DNA from: Spirochaetota bacterium
Lineage (GTDB): Bacteria; Spirochaetota; Leptospiria; Turneriellales; Turneriellaceae
Direction of reading: 5' to 3'
Length of the DNA: 64,000 nucleotides
Assembly (NCBI GenBank): GCA_049323535.1
Contig: JBMOPL010000006.1
Coordinates: 31,614 to 95,613 of the forward strand
In this document: one piece after another, positions 20,513 through 29,784 of the stretch
How positions within the stretch are numbered: the first letter of the stretch is position 1
Layout: each line of letters opens with the position of its first letter
Position numbers and translations under genes: made by a program
Notes under the pieces: generated by a model
What the model was told of the DNA's origin: nothing
What the model saw: only the letters and a program-made list of their open reading frames with translations
Database searches by the model: none

Positions 20513-22636
20513 TCAAATTTCAAACAGGCCATACTGCTGTATCTTCTTGTCAAGTGTGACGCGGTTCAACCCCAGTGCTTCTGCTGTTTTGCGCTTGTTG
20601 AACTGGTTCTGGTTCAGGAGAATACGGAGCAGCTCCTTCTCGACACCGCCAATGACACCTTCAAAGATTTCGCCCGATGGTGTGCGCGCAATCTCATCCT
20701 TCAGATAACTGCGCAGATCGAAGCTCTGCACAGCTGTTCCTGCAACCGACTCGGAGCCCGTCAGTACAGCGCCGTCACCCAGCTGTATATCTTCTGAATC
20801 CACTTCATTCTTGGCATTGAGCACCACGGCGCGCTCGAGTATGTTCTCCAGCTCCCTGATATTGCCGGGAAACGAATAGGTCTGCAATTTCTTGAAGGCT
20901 GCTTCTGTGACACCGGTGATCTTTTTGCTGTTGCGTTCGCATATCTTTTCGAGCAGATGCTGAATCAGCAGCGGAAGGTCTGACAGGCGTTCGCGCAGAG
21001 GTGGTATCGAAAGACGCACGACATTCAGGCGGTAAAAAAGGTCTTCGCGAAATGTCTTGTCTTTGACTGCATTTTCGAGATTGGCATTGGTCGCAGCGAT
21101 GATGCGGACGTCGACCTTGATAACTTTGTTACTCCCCAGTGGCGAGAATTCCTTTTCCTGCAAGACCCTCAGCAGTTTGGCCTGTAACTTGAGGTCAAGT
21201 TCGCCGATCTCGTCGAGAAACAGTGTACCCTTGTGGGCTGAAAGTACTTTGCCCTTGTAGTCGTCGACCGCGCCGGTGAAAGCTCCCCTTGCGTAGCCGA
21301 AAAGTTCGCTTTCGAGCAGGTCTGCCGGTATGGCCGCGCAGTTGATTTTTACCAACGGGTTGGCGGAGCGCAGGCTGTTCTGGTGCAGTGCGCTGGCGAT
21401 CAGTTCTTTGCCGGTGCCGGATTCGCCGGTGATGAGAACCGCGCTGGCAGAATCGGCGGCCATTTTCATGCGCGCGAACAGGTCGGCCATTCGCGGGTGA
21501 GCTCCCACAATGCTCTCGAATTCGAATGTGCTCTTGAGCTGGCGTCGCAGAATGATGTTTTCTTCTTTAACTTCGCGGGAACTCTGCTGGACAAGTTTTT
21601 CGATCTGCATCGCCTGGCCGAAAAGTGATGAGAGTATTTGAGCCAGAAACTGGTAGTCTTCGTGTTTGCTCTGCGACTGGAATTTAATTTCGAAGTTAAA
21701 GACACCCCCGGCGATTGACTGATTTGCCGGATTCGTTTCACCACCTTCAAAGAAGGGTGCAGCAAAGAAGCTGACTGTCTCATCGCGCTGGTGTCCTGTC
21801 TTGTTGAGAAACTGGTTGTCTTGCGAAATGTCGGCAATTGCTATGGCCTTTCGCTGTTTGAAGGATTTGCCCGTGACGCCTTCACCGGGGGTGTAGCGGC
21901 CTTTGGCAACCTCGTCTGCGCTATAATTGAGAGATGCAGCAACGGACAGTTCATTGGTTACGGCATCGTACAGGTAGATTGCAGCCCTGCGCACGCCGAG
22001 TTTCTCTGAGAGAATGCGAATCACTTCTTCAAAGAAAAGCTTTACGTCGGCATATTTCCCGAGCACACCGCTCACCTGAAGCAGAACTTCGAGCACGTGC
22101 GTGCGGTGGCTGAGCGATTCGACCGACGTGGTAGTAGTGAAAATCTGTGCTGCGTATTCGGCGAGCATTTCGAGGTATTCTTCGTGCTCAGCGTTGAATG
22201 CATCGAGTTTCTTTGAGTCGACGGAAATGACACCGAAGCTCTTATTACCGACCTTAAGGGGTACAGCCAGCTCAGAACGGATATCCTGTCTCACAGCGAT
22301 GTAATATTTATCCTGTGAAGTATCTCCCACATTGCGGAGCTTACCTGTTACGATACAGCGACCCGTAACTCCTTCACCGATCTTTAGTTTTACCGTGCGC
22401 GGCAAATCCTGCTCAAAGCCGCGGACCGCTTTGATTTCCAGAAATTTCCTGGAGTCATCGAGGATAGAAATAGTACCCGAATCAGCGCCTGTGAATTCCA
22501 CCGCCCGGTCGAGCAGTGCATTGAGAAGTTTGTCGCTCGAATCCTGTGTCAACAGCGACAGCGTGACCTCGTGCAGTGCGACGAGGGGGTTGGTGAAAGC
22601 ATTTTGCACAGCCACCAAGGGTGATCTTTGAGACAA
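20513..22636 (-). CDS. Sigma54-dependent enhancer-binding protein, GAF-GAF-AAA+-HTH (NifA/FhlA-like)
   Basis: GESGTGKE, ESELFGYARGAFTGA, TLFLDEIG, FREDLFYRLNV, FPGNIREL, C-terminal Fis-type HTH. Confidence 0.95.
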   Translation of the reverse strand: MSQRSPLVAVQNAFTNPLVALHEVTLSLLTQDSSDKLLNALLDRAVEFTGADSGTISILDDSRKFLEIKAVRGFEQDLPRTVKLKIGEGVTGRCIVTGKLRNVGDTSQDKYYIAVRQDIRSELAVPLKVGNKSFGVISVDSKKLDAFNAEHEEYLEMLAEYAAQIFTTTTSVESLSHRTHVLEVLLQVSGVLGKYADVKLFFEEVIRILSEKLGVRRAAIYLYDAVTNELSVAASLNYSADEVAKGRYTPGEGVTGKSFKQRKAIAIADISQDNQFLNKTGHQRDETVSFFAAPFFEGGETNPANQSIAGGVFNFEIKFQSQSKHEDYQFLAQILSSLFGQAMQIEKLVQQSSREVKEENIILRRQLKSTFEFESIVGAHPRMADLFARMKMAADSASAVLITGESGTGKELIASALHQNSLRSANPLVKINCAAIPADLLESELFGYARGAFTGAVDDYKGKVLSAHKGTLFLDEIGELDLKLQAKLLRVLQEKEFSPLGSNKVIKVDVRIIAATNANLENAVKDKTFREDLFYRLNVVRLSIPPLRERLSDLPLLIQHLLEKICERNSKKITGVTEAAFKKLQTYSFPGNIRELENILERAVVLNAKNEVDSEDIQLGDGAVLTGSESVAGTAVQSFDLRSYLKDEIARTPSGEIFEGVIGGVEKELLRILLNQNQFNKRKTAEALGLNRVTLDKKIQQYGLFEI

Positions 22637-22728
22637 GATGCAAAGATTTTATACATTTTGCAGGCGACAGATGCATTCTGCCTGAAAATCATACGAAACG
22701 TGCCGAAACCCCTTCGTCGAGACCTGCG

Positions 22729-23307
22729 ATGTAGGTTGAATACCATCACACCTCTGTCTCACTGAGAGCTGCTTCATATCGGCGATTTCGTGCCGGGCGT
22801 CTGATTCTACAGCGAAATGGAGTTCTTTGGTCTGAATCAGAGTTACTGCGGCGGCTGGCCAAAATGTACCTGCGGCATTGGCGTGGTCGCGGAGCCAAAT
22901 CGGCGACTGCACGGCGCTACAACCGGGTGGCGGAAGGCGGGTACGTTCGGATGCCCTGGTATATCGACAAGATCTTGTACGCCACGCTGTGGGAAAGGGC
23001 GGTGCATTCAGGTGAATCGATTTCGCGTATGCTGGATTTTGCCATTCGTCATTACCTGACTCGGCTTTTGGAGGAGTATTTGTGTGGTTCGATTCCGGGT
23101 ATTCGTCGGTCAGAGCGGAATTCGCCCTACTGGCAGAGGCGTTACGCCATACGCCATAAGCCGCAGACCGAACTATTTATTACCTACCAATGCTCAACGG
23201 AGAAAAATGATGGAAAAGGGCTAATTTTTCGTCAGGCGGCCAGCTTCTTCTCGAAAAGTGAACTTTTCACACCCCAGCCGCATGCAGAATACCTCAGCAG
23301 CCCTTAA
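22729..23307 (+). pseudogene. DUF1564-like RHH protein with an apparent nonsense codon at position 2 (ATG TAG); the ORF from 22864 is the remainder
   Basis: ATG 22729 then TAG 22732, then 43 protein-like in-frame codons leading into the 22864 ORF; the full span would be ~192 aa, close to the 182-aa paralog. Confidence 0.45.
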
Positions 23308-23388
23308 GCAAAGCGTGCCCGCCGCCCTTGCAGGGCACCATCAAATTTGAATTTACGCTTGCGGTTCAGAACTAGGCCCTACAACAAC

Positions 23389-24186
23389 GTGCGGTTTCTT
23401 CTTCGCCTGGTAGTACTTTTTCTTTCCACCTTGTTCATCGCCTGCTCCAGCACTGGCAAAAAGGATGGCGCTGGACAAGCTCCCGACAAAACGCCCGCGA
23501 GCGAGTCGCGTTCCATGATCACCGACGACGAAGAGAGTGAAGGTGAAATGATTGTCAGTGATCCATGGGAGGGTTTTAACCGCAAGATGCATGCATTCAA
23601 CGATTTCTTCCTGCACTATGCGATCAACCCTCTCGCACGTGGCTGGGCGTTCATCACTCCCTCTTTTCTGCGGGAGGGGCTGAATAATTTCTTTTACTGG
23701 GCATACACTCCTGGACGTTTAGTCAATAATCTGGCACAGGCCAAGTTCAGGGGCGCCGCAAAGGAGACGGCCGGTTTCGTCATTAACGGAACTGCTGGCA
23801 TGCTGGGGTTCTATGACGCGGCGAGAGATCTTTTCGCACTCGAGCGCACGAACGAAGACACAGACCAGACACTCGGCAAATGGGGTTTGCCCGAGGGGCC
23901 ATACGTCGTCTGGCCCTTTATTGGTCCACATACAGTGCGCGGCACGTTCGGTTTTGCCGGCGATCTGTTCTTGCAGCCGCAGACGGTTATTGTCCCGGTG
24001 TACATAAAACCTGAAACTCTTTGGGTTGATGGCGCGATCATTGCGGGAGTTTATTCGTTCCGCGCGATCAACCGTACTTCACTGGACGTCGACGCATACG
24101 ACAATCTCGTCAAAGATGCAATTGACCCGTATGGGTTTATACGCGATATTTATTTACAGAACACGCGCAAGAACGTAGCCGACTGA
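23389..24186 (+). CDS. mlaA: MlaA/VacJ lipoprotein
   Basis: Lipobox FIAC; DPWEGFNRKMHAFN, EDTDQTLGKWG, GPYVVWPFIGP, DPYGFIRDIYLQ. Confidence 0.92.
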   Translation: MRFLLRLVVLFLSTLFIACSSTGKKDGAGQAPDKTPASESRSMITDDEESEGEMIVSDPWEGFNRKMHAFNDFFLHYAINPLARGWAFITPSFLREGLNNFFYWAYTPGRLVNNLAQAKFRGAAKETAGFVINGTAGMLGFYDAARDLFALERTNEDTDQTLGKWGLPEGPYVVWPFIGPHTVRGTFGFAGDLFLQPQTVIVPVYIKPETLWVDGAIIAGVYSFRAINRTSLDVDAYDNLVKDAIDPYGFIRDIYLQNTRKNVAD

Positions 24187-24187
24187 T

Positions 24188-24766
24188 ATGCAAATATCAA
24201 AGGTCGGAGCTTATTTTGTCTCCGCATTCGTGATTACCAGCGCGTTGTCCGCAGGCCCGCAGGATGAACTGAAAAAGGCTGTAACCCAGGTACTCAAGAC
24301 GCTCGATAGCAAGAAACCCGTGAAAGAGAAGCGCTCGATCATATCGGGCATCTACGATGAAAACTTCGACCTCGAAAAGATGGCGTCGAATACCCTTAAG
24401 AGCGAATACAAAAAGCTCGACGACAGCGAGAAAAAACAGTTCGCCCAGAAGTTTGGCAAGTTCGTGCTCGAATTCTACCTCGACAAGATCGACAAATACA
24501 ACCGCAACAAGGTGGAGTTTATCGGTGACGAAACCAAGGGTAACCGTGCGGTCGTCAAAACGCTGCTCGAATACCAGGGCAAGATGGCGAACGTGAATTA
24601 TTTCATGACCGAAAAAGGCGGCCGCTGGCTGGTCTACGACTTTGAAGTAGAGGGTGTGCGGCTTTCGAGCACTTACCGTTCGCAGTTTGCAAAAGTATTA
24701 AAAGAACAAGGTGCTGAGGGCTTAAGCCGCGAGCTCGATAAGCTGCTGGCGAAATACCGCAAATAA
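24188..24766 (+). CDS. mlaC: MlaC/Ttg2D phospholipid-binding protein
   Basis: FDLEKMA..L, WLVYDFEVEGVRLSSTYRSQF; directly follows mlaA. Confidence 0.9.
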   Translation: MQISKVGAYFVSAFVITSALSAGPQDELKKAVTQVLKTLDSKKPVKEKRSIISGIYDENFDLEKMASNTLKSEYKKLDDSEKKQFAQKFGKFVLEFYLDKIDKYNRNKVEFIGDETKGNRAVVKTLLEYQGKMANVNYFMTEKGGRWLVYDFEVEGVRLSSTYRSQFAKVLKEQGAEGLSRELDKLLAKYRK

Positions 24767-24775
24767 GAGGTAACA

Positions 24776-25357
24776 ATGGATCCTTTTTCACAGAACACCT
24801 ATTTTGCCAAAATGAAATTTTTCCGGCTCTTTGGCAATGTGATCCGCATTTTTGATGAATCGAAAACTAACCTGCTGCTCTATGTGAAGCAGAAAGCATT
24901 CAAGCTGCGGGAAGACATTACCATTTACGCCGACGAAGCACAGACGCGGCCGGTGCTCAAGATTAATGCCCGCAGCATTATCGATTTCAGCGCAGCATAC
25001 GATGTTACCGATGCGACCAGTGGTTCAAAGATCGGTGCTCTGCGCCGTAAAGGTATGATGTCATCGTTTGTAATGGACGCGTGGGAAATTCTCGACCAGA
25101 ACGATGCCGTTATTGGTAACATCAAAGAAGACAACTGGATGCTTGCACTCGTGCGCCGTTACCTTGCCAACATCATACCGCAGAAGTTTAACTTCACGGT
25201 GGGTGAATCGACCGTCGGCCTCGTAAAACAGACATGGAATCCGTTTTTACCGCAGATGCGCGTTGATTTCACGGCTGATACGGCAAAAAAACTCGATCGA
25301 CGGCTCGGTCTTGCTGCAGTTGTATTGCTTCAGGTGATTGAGGGCCGGCAGCAGTAA
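24776..25357 (+). CDS. LURP-one/scramblase (tubby-like) family protein
   Basis: KQKAFKLREDITIY, IGALRRKG, WEILD repeated beta pattern; LDRRLGLAA C-terminal helix. Confidence 0.6.
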   Translation: MDPFSQNTYFAKMKFFRLFGNVIRIFDESKTNLLLYVKQKAFKLREDITIYADEAQTRPVLKINARSIIDFSAAYDVTDATSGSKIGALRRKGMMSSFVMDAWEILDQNDAVIGNIKEDNWMLALVRRYLANIIPQKFNFTVGESTVGLVKQTWNPFLPQMRVDFTADTAKKLDRRLGLAAVVLLQVIEGRQQ

Positions 25358-25386
25358 GCTGAAAATGAGGCCGGCAGCAGGCCGGC

Positions 25387-25728
25387 CTATTCTTCTGAGT
25401 TATCCAAACCAGCGCGCGGCGGCGTATATTGCCCCACCAGGCCTGATTCTAGCATTTTTAGCAAGGCCTGCGTGCGCTTTTCAATCTGCTGCGCGTCGGC
25501 CGGTGATACCTGTATGCCGCGTCTGGCCTGGAATAGTTCGTCTGCCAGGTTGAGCGCCGTGAGCAGCAGCATCTTCGTTTGGTCGCTCGCTGTGAGCTTC
25601 TTCATTTCGAGAATTTTTGCGTTTACGTAACCGGCAACCTGCGCCATGTATTCGGGATCCGCGTCACCTTTGATGGTGAATGTCCTGCCCATCAGCTCGA
25701 CGTTTACCTTGCGTTCAAATTCTGACAT
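25387..25728 (-). CDS. zapA: Cell division protein ZapA
   Basis: VELMGRTFTIK, VAGYVNAKI, LLTALNLADEL followed by a coiled coil. Confidence 0.85.
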   Translation of the reverse strand: MSEFERKVNVELMGRTFTIKGDADPEYMAQVAGYVNAKILEMKKLTASDQTKMLLLTALNLADELFQARRGIQVSPADAQQIEKRTQALLKMLESGLVGQYTPPRAGLDNSEE

Positions 25729-25729
25729 A

Positions 25730-26383
25730 CTATTGTTTTGCTGACCAGGTGCCGTCGATTGCCTGGATCATTTCACCCTTCAGTGCTGCCTGCTGGTACT
25801 TGTCTTTCTGTGAGGCGAGTATTTCTTTTTCGGTTGCCTTAAAGTCTTTGTTCGCGCGCTTCTGGCTTTCGACGTACCCTTTTGCCGCCAGGACACGCGC
25901 TTCGTTGATTTCTTTAACTGTCTGCGTCAGGGTGCGGTAGGGACGACCTAATTCGGGTTCGTCGGCGAGGTCGGCAGAGTACTTCTTCTGCATCTCTTCG
26001 GAAATTTCTACTTTCTCGCTGAACAGGTTGGAGACAAAACCTTTGTTGTTCTCGCCGACGACGCGGTCTTTCTTGAGTTGCGCCAGGTGCGCAGAAAAGA
26101 GTTCAAATTTGAGAAACGCACGGTAGGTATAGGTATTTTCCTTTTGGATGCTTTCCCGTACTGCCTTAGGTTTGTTTTCAAGGTCGGCGTGTTCGGCGGT
26201 CTTCGCCGAAGAGATCATCCAGACGTCTTTTTCGAGTTCGGTCTGTTCACCGATAATCTGTTTTTCGGTAGCGGTCTTCTGCCCGGTAATCGTGACCGGT
26301 GGTACAACGATCGTACCAAAACAGCGCATGAAAAGCAAAGAAGCTGCAAGGCAGGCAACTGTGCTTTTCGACACGCGGATCAT
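25730..26383 (-). CDS. DUF1318 (YdbL)-like lipoprotein
   Basis: Lipoprotein-like signal; TGQKTATEKQIIG, LKKDRVVGENNKGFV, INEARV, GEMIQ..DGTW. Confidence 0.6.
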   Translation of the reverse strand: MIRVSKSTVACLAASLLFMRCFGTIVVPPVTITGQKTATEKQIIGEQTELEKDVWMISSAKTAEHADLENKPKAVRESIQKENTYTYRAFLKFELFSAHLAQLKKDRVVGENNKGFVSNLFSEKVEISEEMQKKYSADLADEPELGRPYRTLTQTVKEINEARVLAAKGYVESQKRANKDFKATEKEILASQKDKYQQAALKGEMIQAIDGTWSAKQ

Positions 26384-26384
26384 A

Positions 26385-26717
26385 TCAATCGATGCCGAGC
26401 AGTTCAACATCAAAAATCAAATCAGCGTTGGGAGGTATAACTCCGCCTGCGCCGCGCGCACCATAGCCCATTTCGGCCGGTATAAACAGCGTGCGCTTTT
26501 CACCGACTTTCATACCAGCGACACCTTCGTCCCAGCCGCGTATTACCTGGCCCTGGCCGAGACCGAAAATAAAGGGACTACCCCGGTCGACTGATGAATC
26601 AAATTTCTTGCCGCGTTCGCCGGCGACGTCCAGCCAGCCGGTGTAGTGTACGCGTACATTGTGTCCTTGAGCTGCAACAGCGCCATGGCCTTCTTTGAGG
26701 ATTTCAGTTCGTAACAT
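26385..26717 (-). CDS. Single-domain FKBP PPIase, cytoplasmic
   Basis: [41 protein letters not shown]; no signal peptide. Confidence 0.92.
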   Translation of the reverse strand: MLRTEILKEGHGAVAAQGHNVRVHYTGWLDVAGERGKKFDSSVDRGSPFIFGLGQGQVIRGWDEGVAGMKVGEKRTLFIPAEMGYGARGAGGVIPPNADLIFDVELLGID

Positions 26718-26749
26718 ATTGGTATTTCCTGTGAGAATCAAATCTTACA

Positions 26750-27160
26750 CTATTCGCAATCGAGTAATTCGACATCAAAGATCAGGTCTGCGTTTGGTGG
26801 AATCGCTGCGCCAGCTCCGCGCGACCCGTAGCCGAGTGCCGCAGGAATGAACAGCGTACGCTTTTCGCCGACTTTCATGCCCGCAACACCTTCATCCCAG
26901 CCACGGATGACCATACCCTGGCCTAAGCCAAAGACAAATGGTTTACGGCGATCGACAGAAGAATCAAACTTCTTTCCTTTCTTGCCACCTTCGTTGAGCC
27001 AGCCCGTGTAGTGCACCTGCACGCGTTGGCCAGGCTGAGCAACTTTGCCGTTTCCGGCTTTGATTACTTCGTACTGCAGGCCATCACCCTTTGTGATGCG
27101 GCCCTTGGCTGCAAGTGCCGCCGTGAGGATCGCTGCGGCAATCCAAACTGATCGTTTCAT
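26750..27160 (-). CDS. Single-domain FKBP PPIase with signal peptide
   Basis: Same motifs as the neighbour plus signal MKRSVWIAAAILTAALAA. Confidence 0.92.
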   Translation of the reverse strand: MKRSVWIAAAILTAALAAKGRITKGDGLQYEVIKAGNGKVAQPGQRVQVHYTGWLNEGGKKGKKFDSSVDRRKPFVFGLGQGMVIRGWDEGVAGMKVGEKRTLFIPAALGYGSRGAGAAIPPNADLIFDVELLDCE

Positions 27161-27214
27161 GGGTGCAGCGATGCAACTGCCAAAGCTGCCGTCGACCAAA
27201 AAAGGGGGTTGCGC

Positions 27215-27937
27215 TCAGGCCATCAGCCGCTGCTTCTGGAAACGGTGGCGCCGGGGCAGGTAGTTGCTGTGCAGTGGGATCTCCACTCGAGCCTGCGTAT
27301 GCGTTTCATAGTCGGTCTTGATCGTGAGCATGTGCGGGTCAATGCCCGAAGACTTGAGTGCCATCAGGCTCAGGACAAGGCCCAGGCCCGCGCCTTCGGT
27401 TTCATCAATGTTTTCCATCATGAACTCCGCCACATCGGAGCAACGCATTGCTTCGCGCAGTTTTGCCCGCACACGTGATTCTTCATGGCGTGTCATGCCG
27501 AGGTTGTTGCGTATTTCAATAATGACGCGATCACGATCGAAGTCGAATGAAGCGTGGATGTTGAGGCGCGCCTGCTTCGCTTTTTTGCCGTATTCGACTG
27601 ACATGCGATCAGAAATTGCCTGACGAAAAATCTTCATGCCGCGTTCGTAGTCCGCGGGCTCGCTCATGTTTACCTTGTTCTCATTGAAAATAATGCGCTT
27701 AAAATTCGCCTTGGTCGCGTTGACGGTGAGCTCTTTGATGATCATCGCGATCGGGGTAGAGAGTTCGGGGCGTTCATACTTCAGCATCAGCTTCTTCACG
27801 AAGTCGCGCATGAAGTATTCGGTAACGGGAATGAAGCCGTATGCCCTGATGACCATGCGGTCTTCAGAATGGAGTGTTTGGTCCGCTACCTGTAAGATGG
27901 CCTCAGGTATCGCGACAGAGGTGGCGCTCCTGCTCAT
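27215..27937 (-). CDS. Stand-alone HATPase_c protein, RsbW/anti-sigma-like
   Basis: KELTVNATKAN N box, EGAGLGLVL G2 box; no REC domain or H box. Confidence 0.6.
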   Translation of the reverse strand: MSRSATSVAIPEAILQVADQTLHSEDRMVIRAYGFIPVTEYFMRDFVKKLMLKYERPELSTPIAMIIKELTVNATKANFKRIIFNENKVNMSEPADYERGMKIFRQAISDRMSVEYGKKAKQARLNIHASFDFDRDRVIIEIRNNLGMTRHEESRVRAKLREAMRCSDVAEFMMENIDETEGAGLGLVLSLMALKSSGIDPHMLTIKTDYETHTQARVEIPLHSNYLPRRHRFQKQRLMA

Positions 27938-28023
27938 GCTGCCATTGTACCAAAAACTACACGCGCGTACATTAGTTTACTGACGAAATCGTCATTAATA
28001 TAGGAGGTAAGTCCCATGGATAT

Positions 28024-28899
28024 TTAGCCGACTTTCGGCGGTAACAGAACCAGTTTTGAAGTTCTGCGTTTATAGTCTTCGTACTCGGTCTGGCCGCCCC
28101 ATTTTTTGTCTGCTGCTTCTTCGAGCAGAGGAATTCCGCTGATGCGCGTCAGAAGAATTGTCACGAATACGGGCGAAACGAGTGTCACGTATTGCCAACC
28201 CTGCAGTACAGGAAAGGCCATGACGGCAACCCCCAGCCAAAGTACAATTTCACCGAAGTAGTTCGGATGCCGCGACCAGGACCAAAGGCCTGAAGCGATA
28301 AATTTACCTTTGTTGGCGGGGTCGCTGCGAAAGCGGCCTTTCTGGAAATCAGCCAGAGATTCGATGAAAAATCCCACCAACCAGATAGTGGCGCCCACGT
28401 AGGCAAAGATATCCATCGCCACGGGGCGCGAGGTTATGGCTGCAAGACCCGCCGCAAGCGAGAATGTGACCCACAGGCCCTGGAGTGTCCAGGCCATCAG
28501 AAAGCGGAGAAACTGGTGCTTGATGAGCGCGAAGCGGCTGTCTTCGCCCGCCCGCATGACACGGATAAACAGAAATGACGCGAGCCTGATTGCCCAGACG
28601 CAGATGAAAGTTGCAATCAGCTTGGAGCGCAGGTCGCTGTGTGGGTTGAGCGAGATCGCGAAGAGCGTGATCGAAAGGTATGTGAGCCCGCCCGTCAGGT
28701 CGTAGAATTTTTCTGTTCTGAAGATGAATGCCGGTACAAACACCACGAACTGGATGGCAAACGCGGCAGCGACACACCAGTACATCACGGGATAATCGTT
28801 CATCACGAGGCCATGCTGCGCCCCGGCCCAGGCGAGAAATCCGCCGATCACGAAAGAGAGCGCAATGGCGATTACAGCCTGCAGGTTGTCCTTATTCAT
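28024..28899 (-). CDS. DUF1295 family membrane protein (steroid 5-alpha-reductase-like)
   Basis: TEKFYDLTG, GEDSRF, ADFQK, SGLWSWSRHPNYFGE, SGIPLLE. Confidence 0.85.
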   Translation of the reverse strand: MNKDNLQAVIAIALSFVIGGFLAWAGAQHGLVMNDYPVMYWCVAAAFAIQFVVFVPAFIFRTEKFYDLTGGLTYLSITLFAISLNPHSDLRSKLIATFICVWAIRLASFLFIRVMRAGEDSRFALIKHQFLRFLMAWTLQGLWVTFSLAAGLAAITSRPVAMDIFAYVGATIWLVGFFIESLADFQKGRFRSDPANKGKFIASGLWSWSRHPNYFGEIVLWLGVAVMAFPVLQGWQYVTLVSPVFVTILLTRISGIPLLEEAADKKWGGQTEYEDYKRRTSKLVLLPPKVG

Positions 28900-28982
28900 C
28901 TGCTTCCGGAATACGGGCTCGCCCAATAGGGCGTCAATTGTTTGCGCGTTGCAGTGGGGGACAGCATGCAAAGCGGCAAACC

Positions 28983-29696
28983 CTATCCGGCGCAGGCTTC
29001 AGAGAGGCATTTGGTTTCTACCTTAATGTTTTTAAGTTTGAGGTAATCATCCCAAACTTCGTGCGGTCGCTTAAGTTTGTCAAATTCGTTACGGAATGCT
29101 GAGTTCACTTTGTTGTACCACTGGTACTTTACGAGATTATATTGCTTCTCCGGATCAGTCTCGTTACTTGCCAGTTCGATTGCGTTCGCCGCCAGAATCT
29201 GCGGGTCAAAAGTCAGTATCTTTTCTTTCAGCAAGTTTAGGTCGCGTGTTTTGAAGAATTTGTAGAGCCGGGTCTGTATGGTGCCATAGAAATCCAGTTC
29301 TTTTTGGCACGAATTGGAGGCAGGCTGAAGCTCCGCTGGCAATTCTCTGGTAGCAGTGATGTATTTTTTTCTTTCCTCCTCAAAGTGTTTTAGATTCAGT
29401 TCTGCATTTGCTTCATAATTAGACTTTCCGCAAGGCTTTAAGTAGCCACGGTCCCCACCACAATCTTCTATCCACGGGCGAGGCGGGCATGCAGCTACCA
29501 GGGCCTCGTATTTTTGCAGGTCCGCCTTGCTAATTACCGCTGGATCGAATGTGAAAGTCTGTTCTGAGCTTTCGGTTTTGATCACCAAAGTTTCTGTCTT
29601 GTTTGCATTCGCCATAATCTCGGCAGCAGGTTTTTCGGTCTTCTTGCAGGCGAGAATCGTTGCTACTAAGCAGAGCAACATAATTTGCGTTCTCAT
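28983..29696 (-). CDS. Hypothetical lipoprotein, AT-richer than flanks
   Basis: Lipobox ILAC; several Cys; no recognised motif. Confidence 0.55.
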   Translation of the reverse strand: MRTQIMLLCLVATILACKKTEKPAAEIMANANKTETLVIKTESSEQTFTFDPAVISKADLQKYEALVAACPPRPWIEDCGGDRGYLKPCGKSNYEANAELNLKHFEEERKKYITATRELPAELQPASNSCQKELDFYGTIQTRLYKFFKTRDLNLLKEKILTFDPQILAANAIELASNETDPEKQYNLVKYQWYNKVNSAFRNEFDKLKRPHEVWDDYLKLKNIKVETKCLSEACAG

Positions 29697-29784
29697 GATT
29701 TTTGCATTCCGTTAAATCAGATTAAGCCTGTCAAGTTGTGAAGAAGGGTGTTTTTGACCCTCTGTCTGGCTGATCATGACTGTT

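Noticed and set aside
20513-22730. Sigma54 -24/-12 promoter for the enhancer-binding protein's targets
   Set aside because: No TGGCAC-N5-TTGC-like site seen in nearby intergenic regions by eye
11519-22734. Genome-wide amber (TAG) recoding suggested by two in-frame TAGs
   Set aside because: Many well-defined genes here end in TAG at their expected length (ctaC, radA, yidD), so TAG is a normal stop
25358-25386. 6S RNA downstream of zapA
   Set aside because: Only 29 nt separate zapA from the convergent gene; there is only a short GC hairpin
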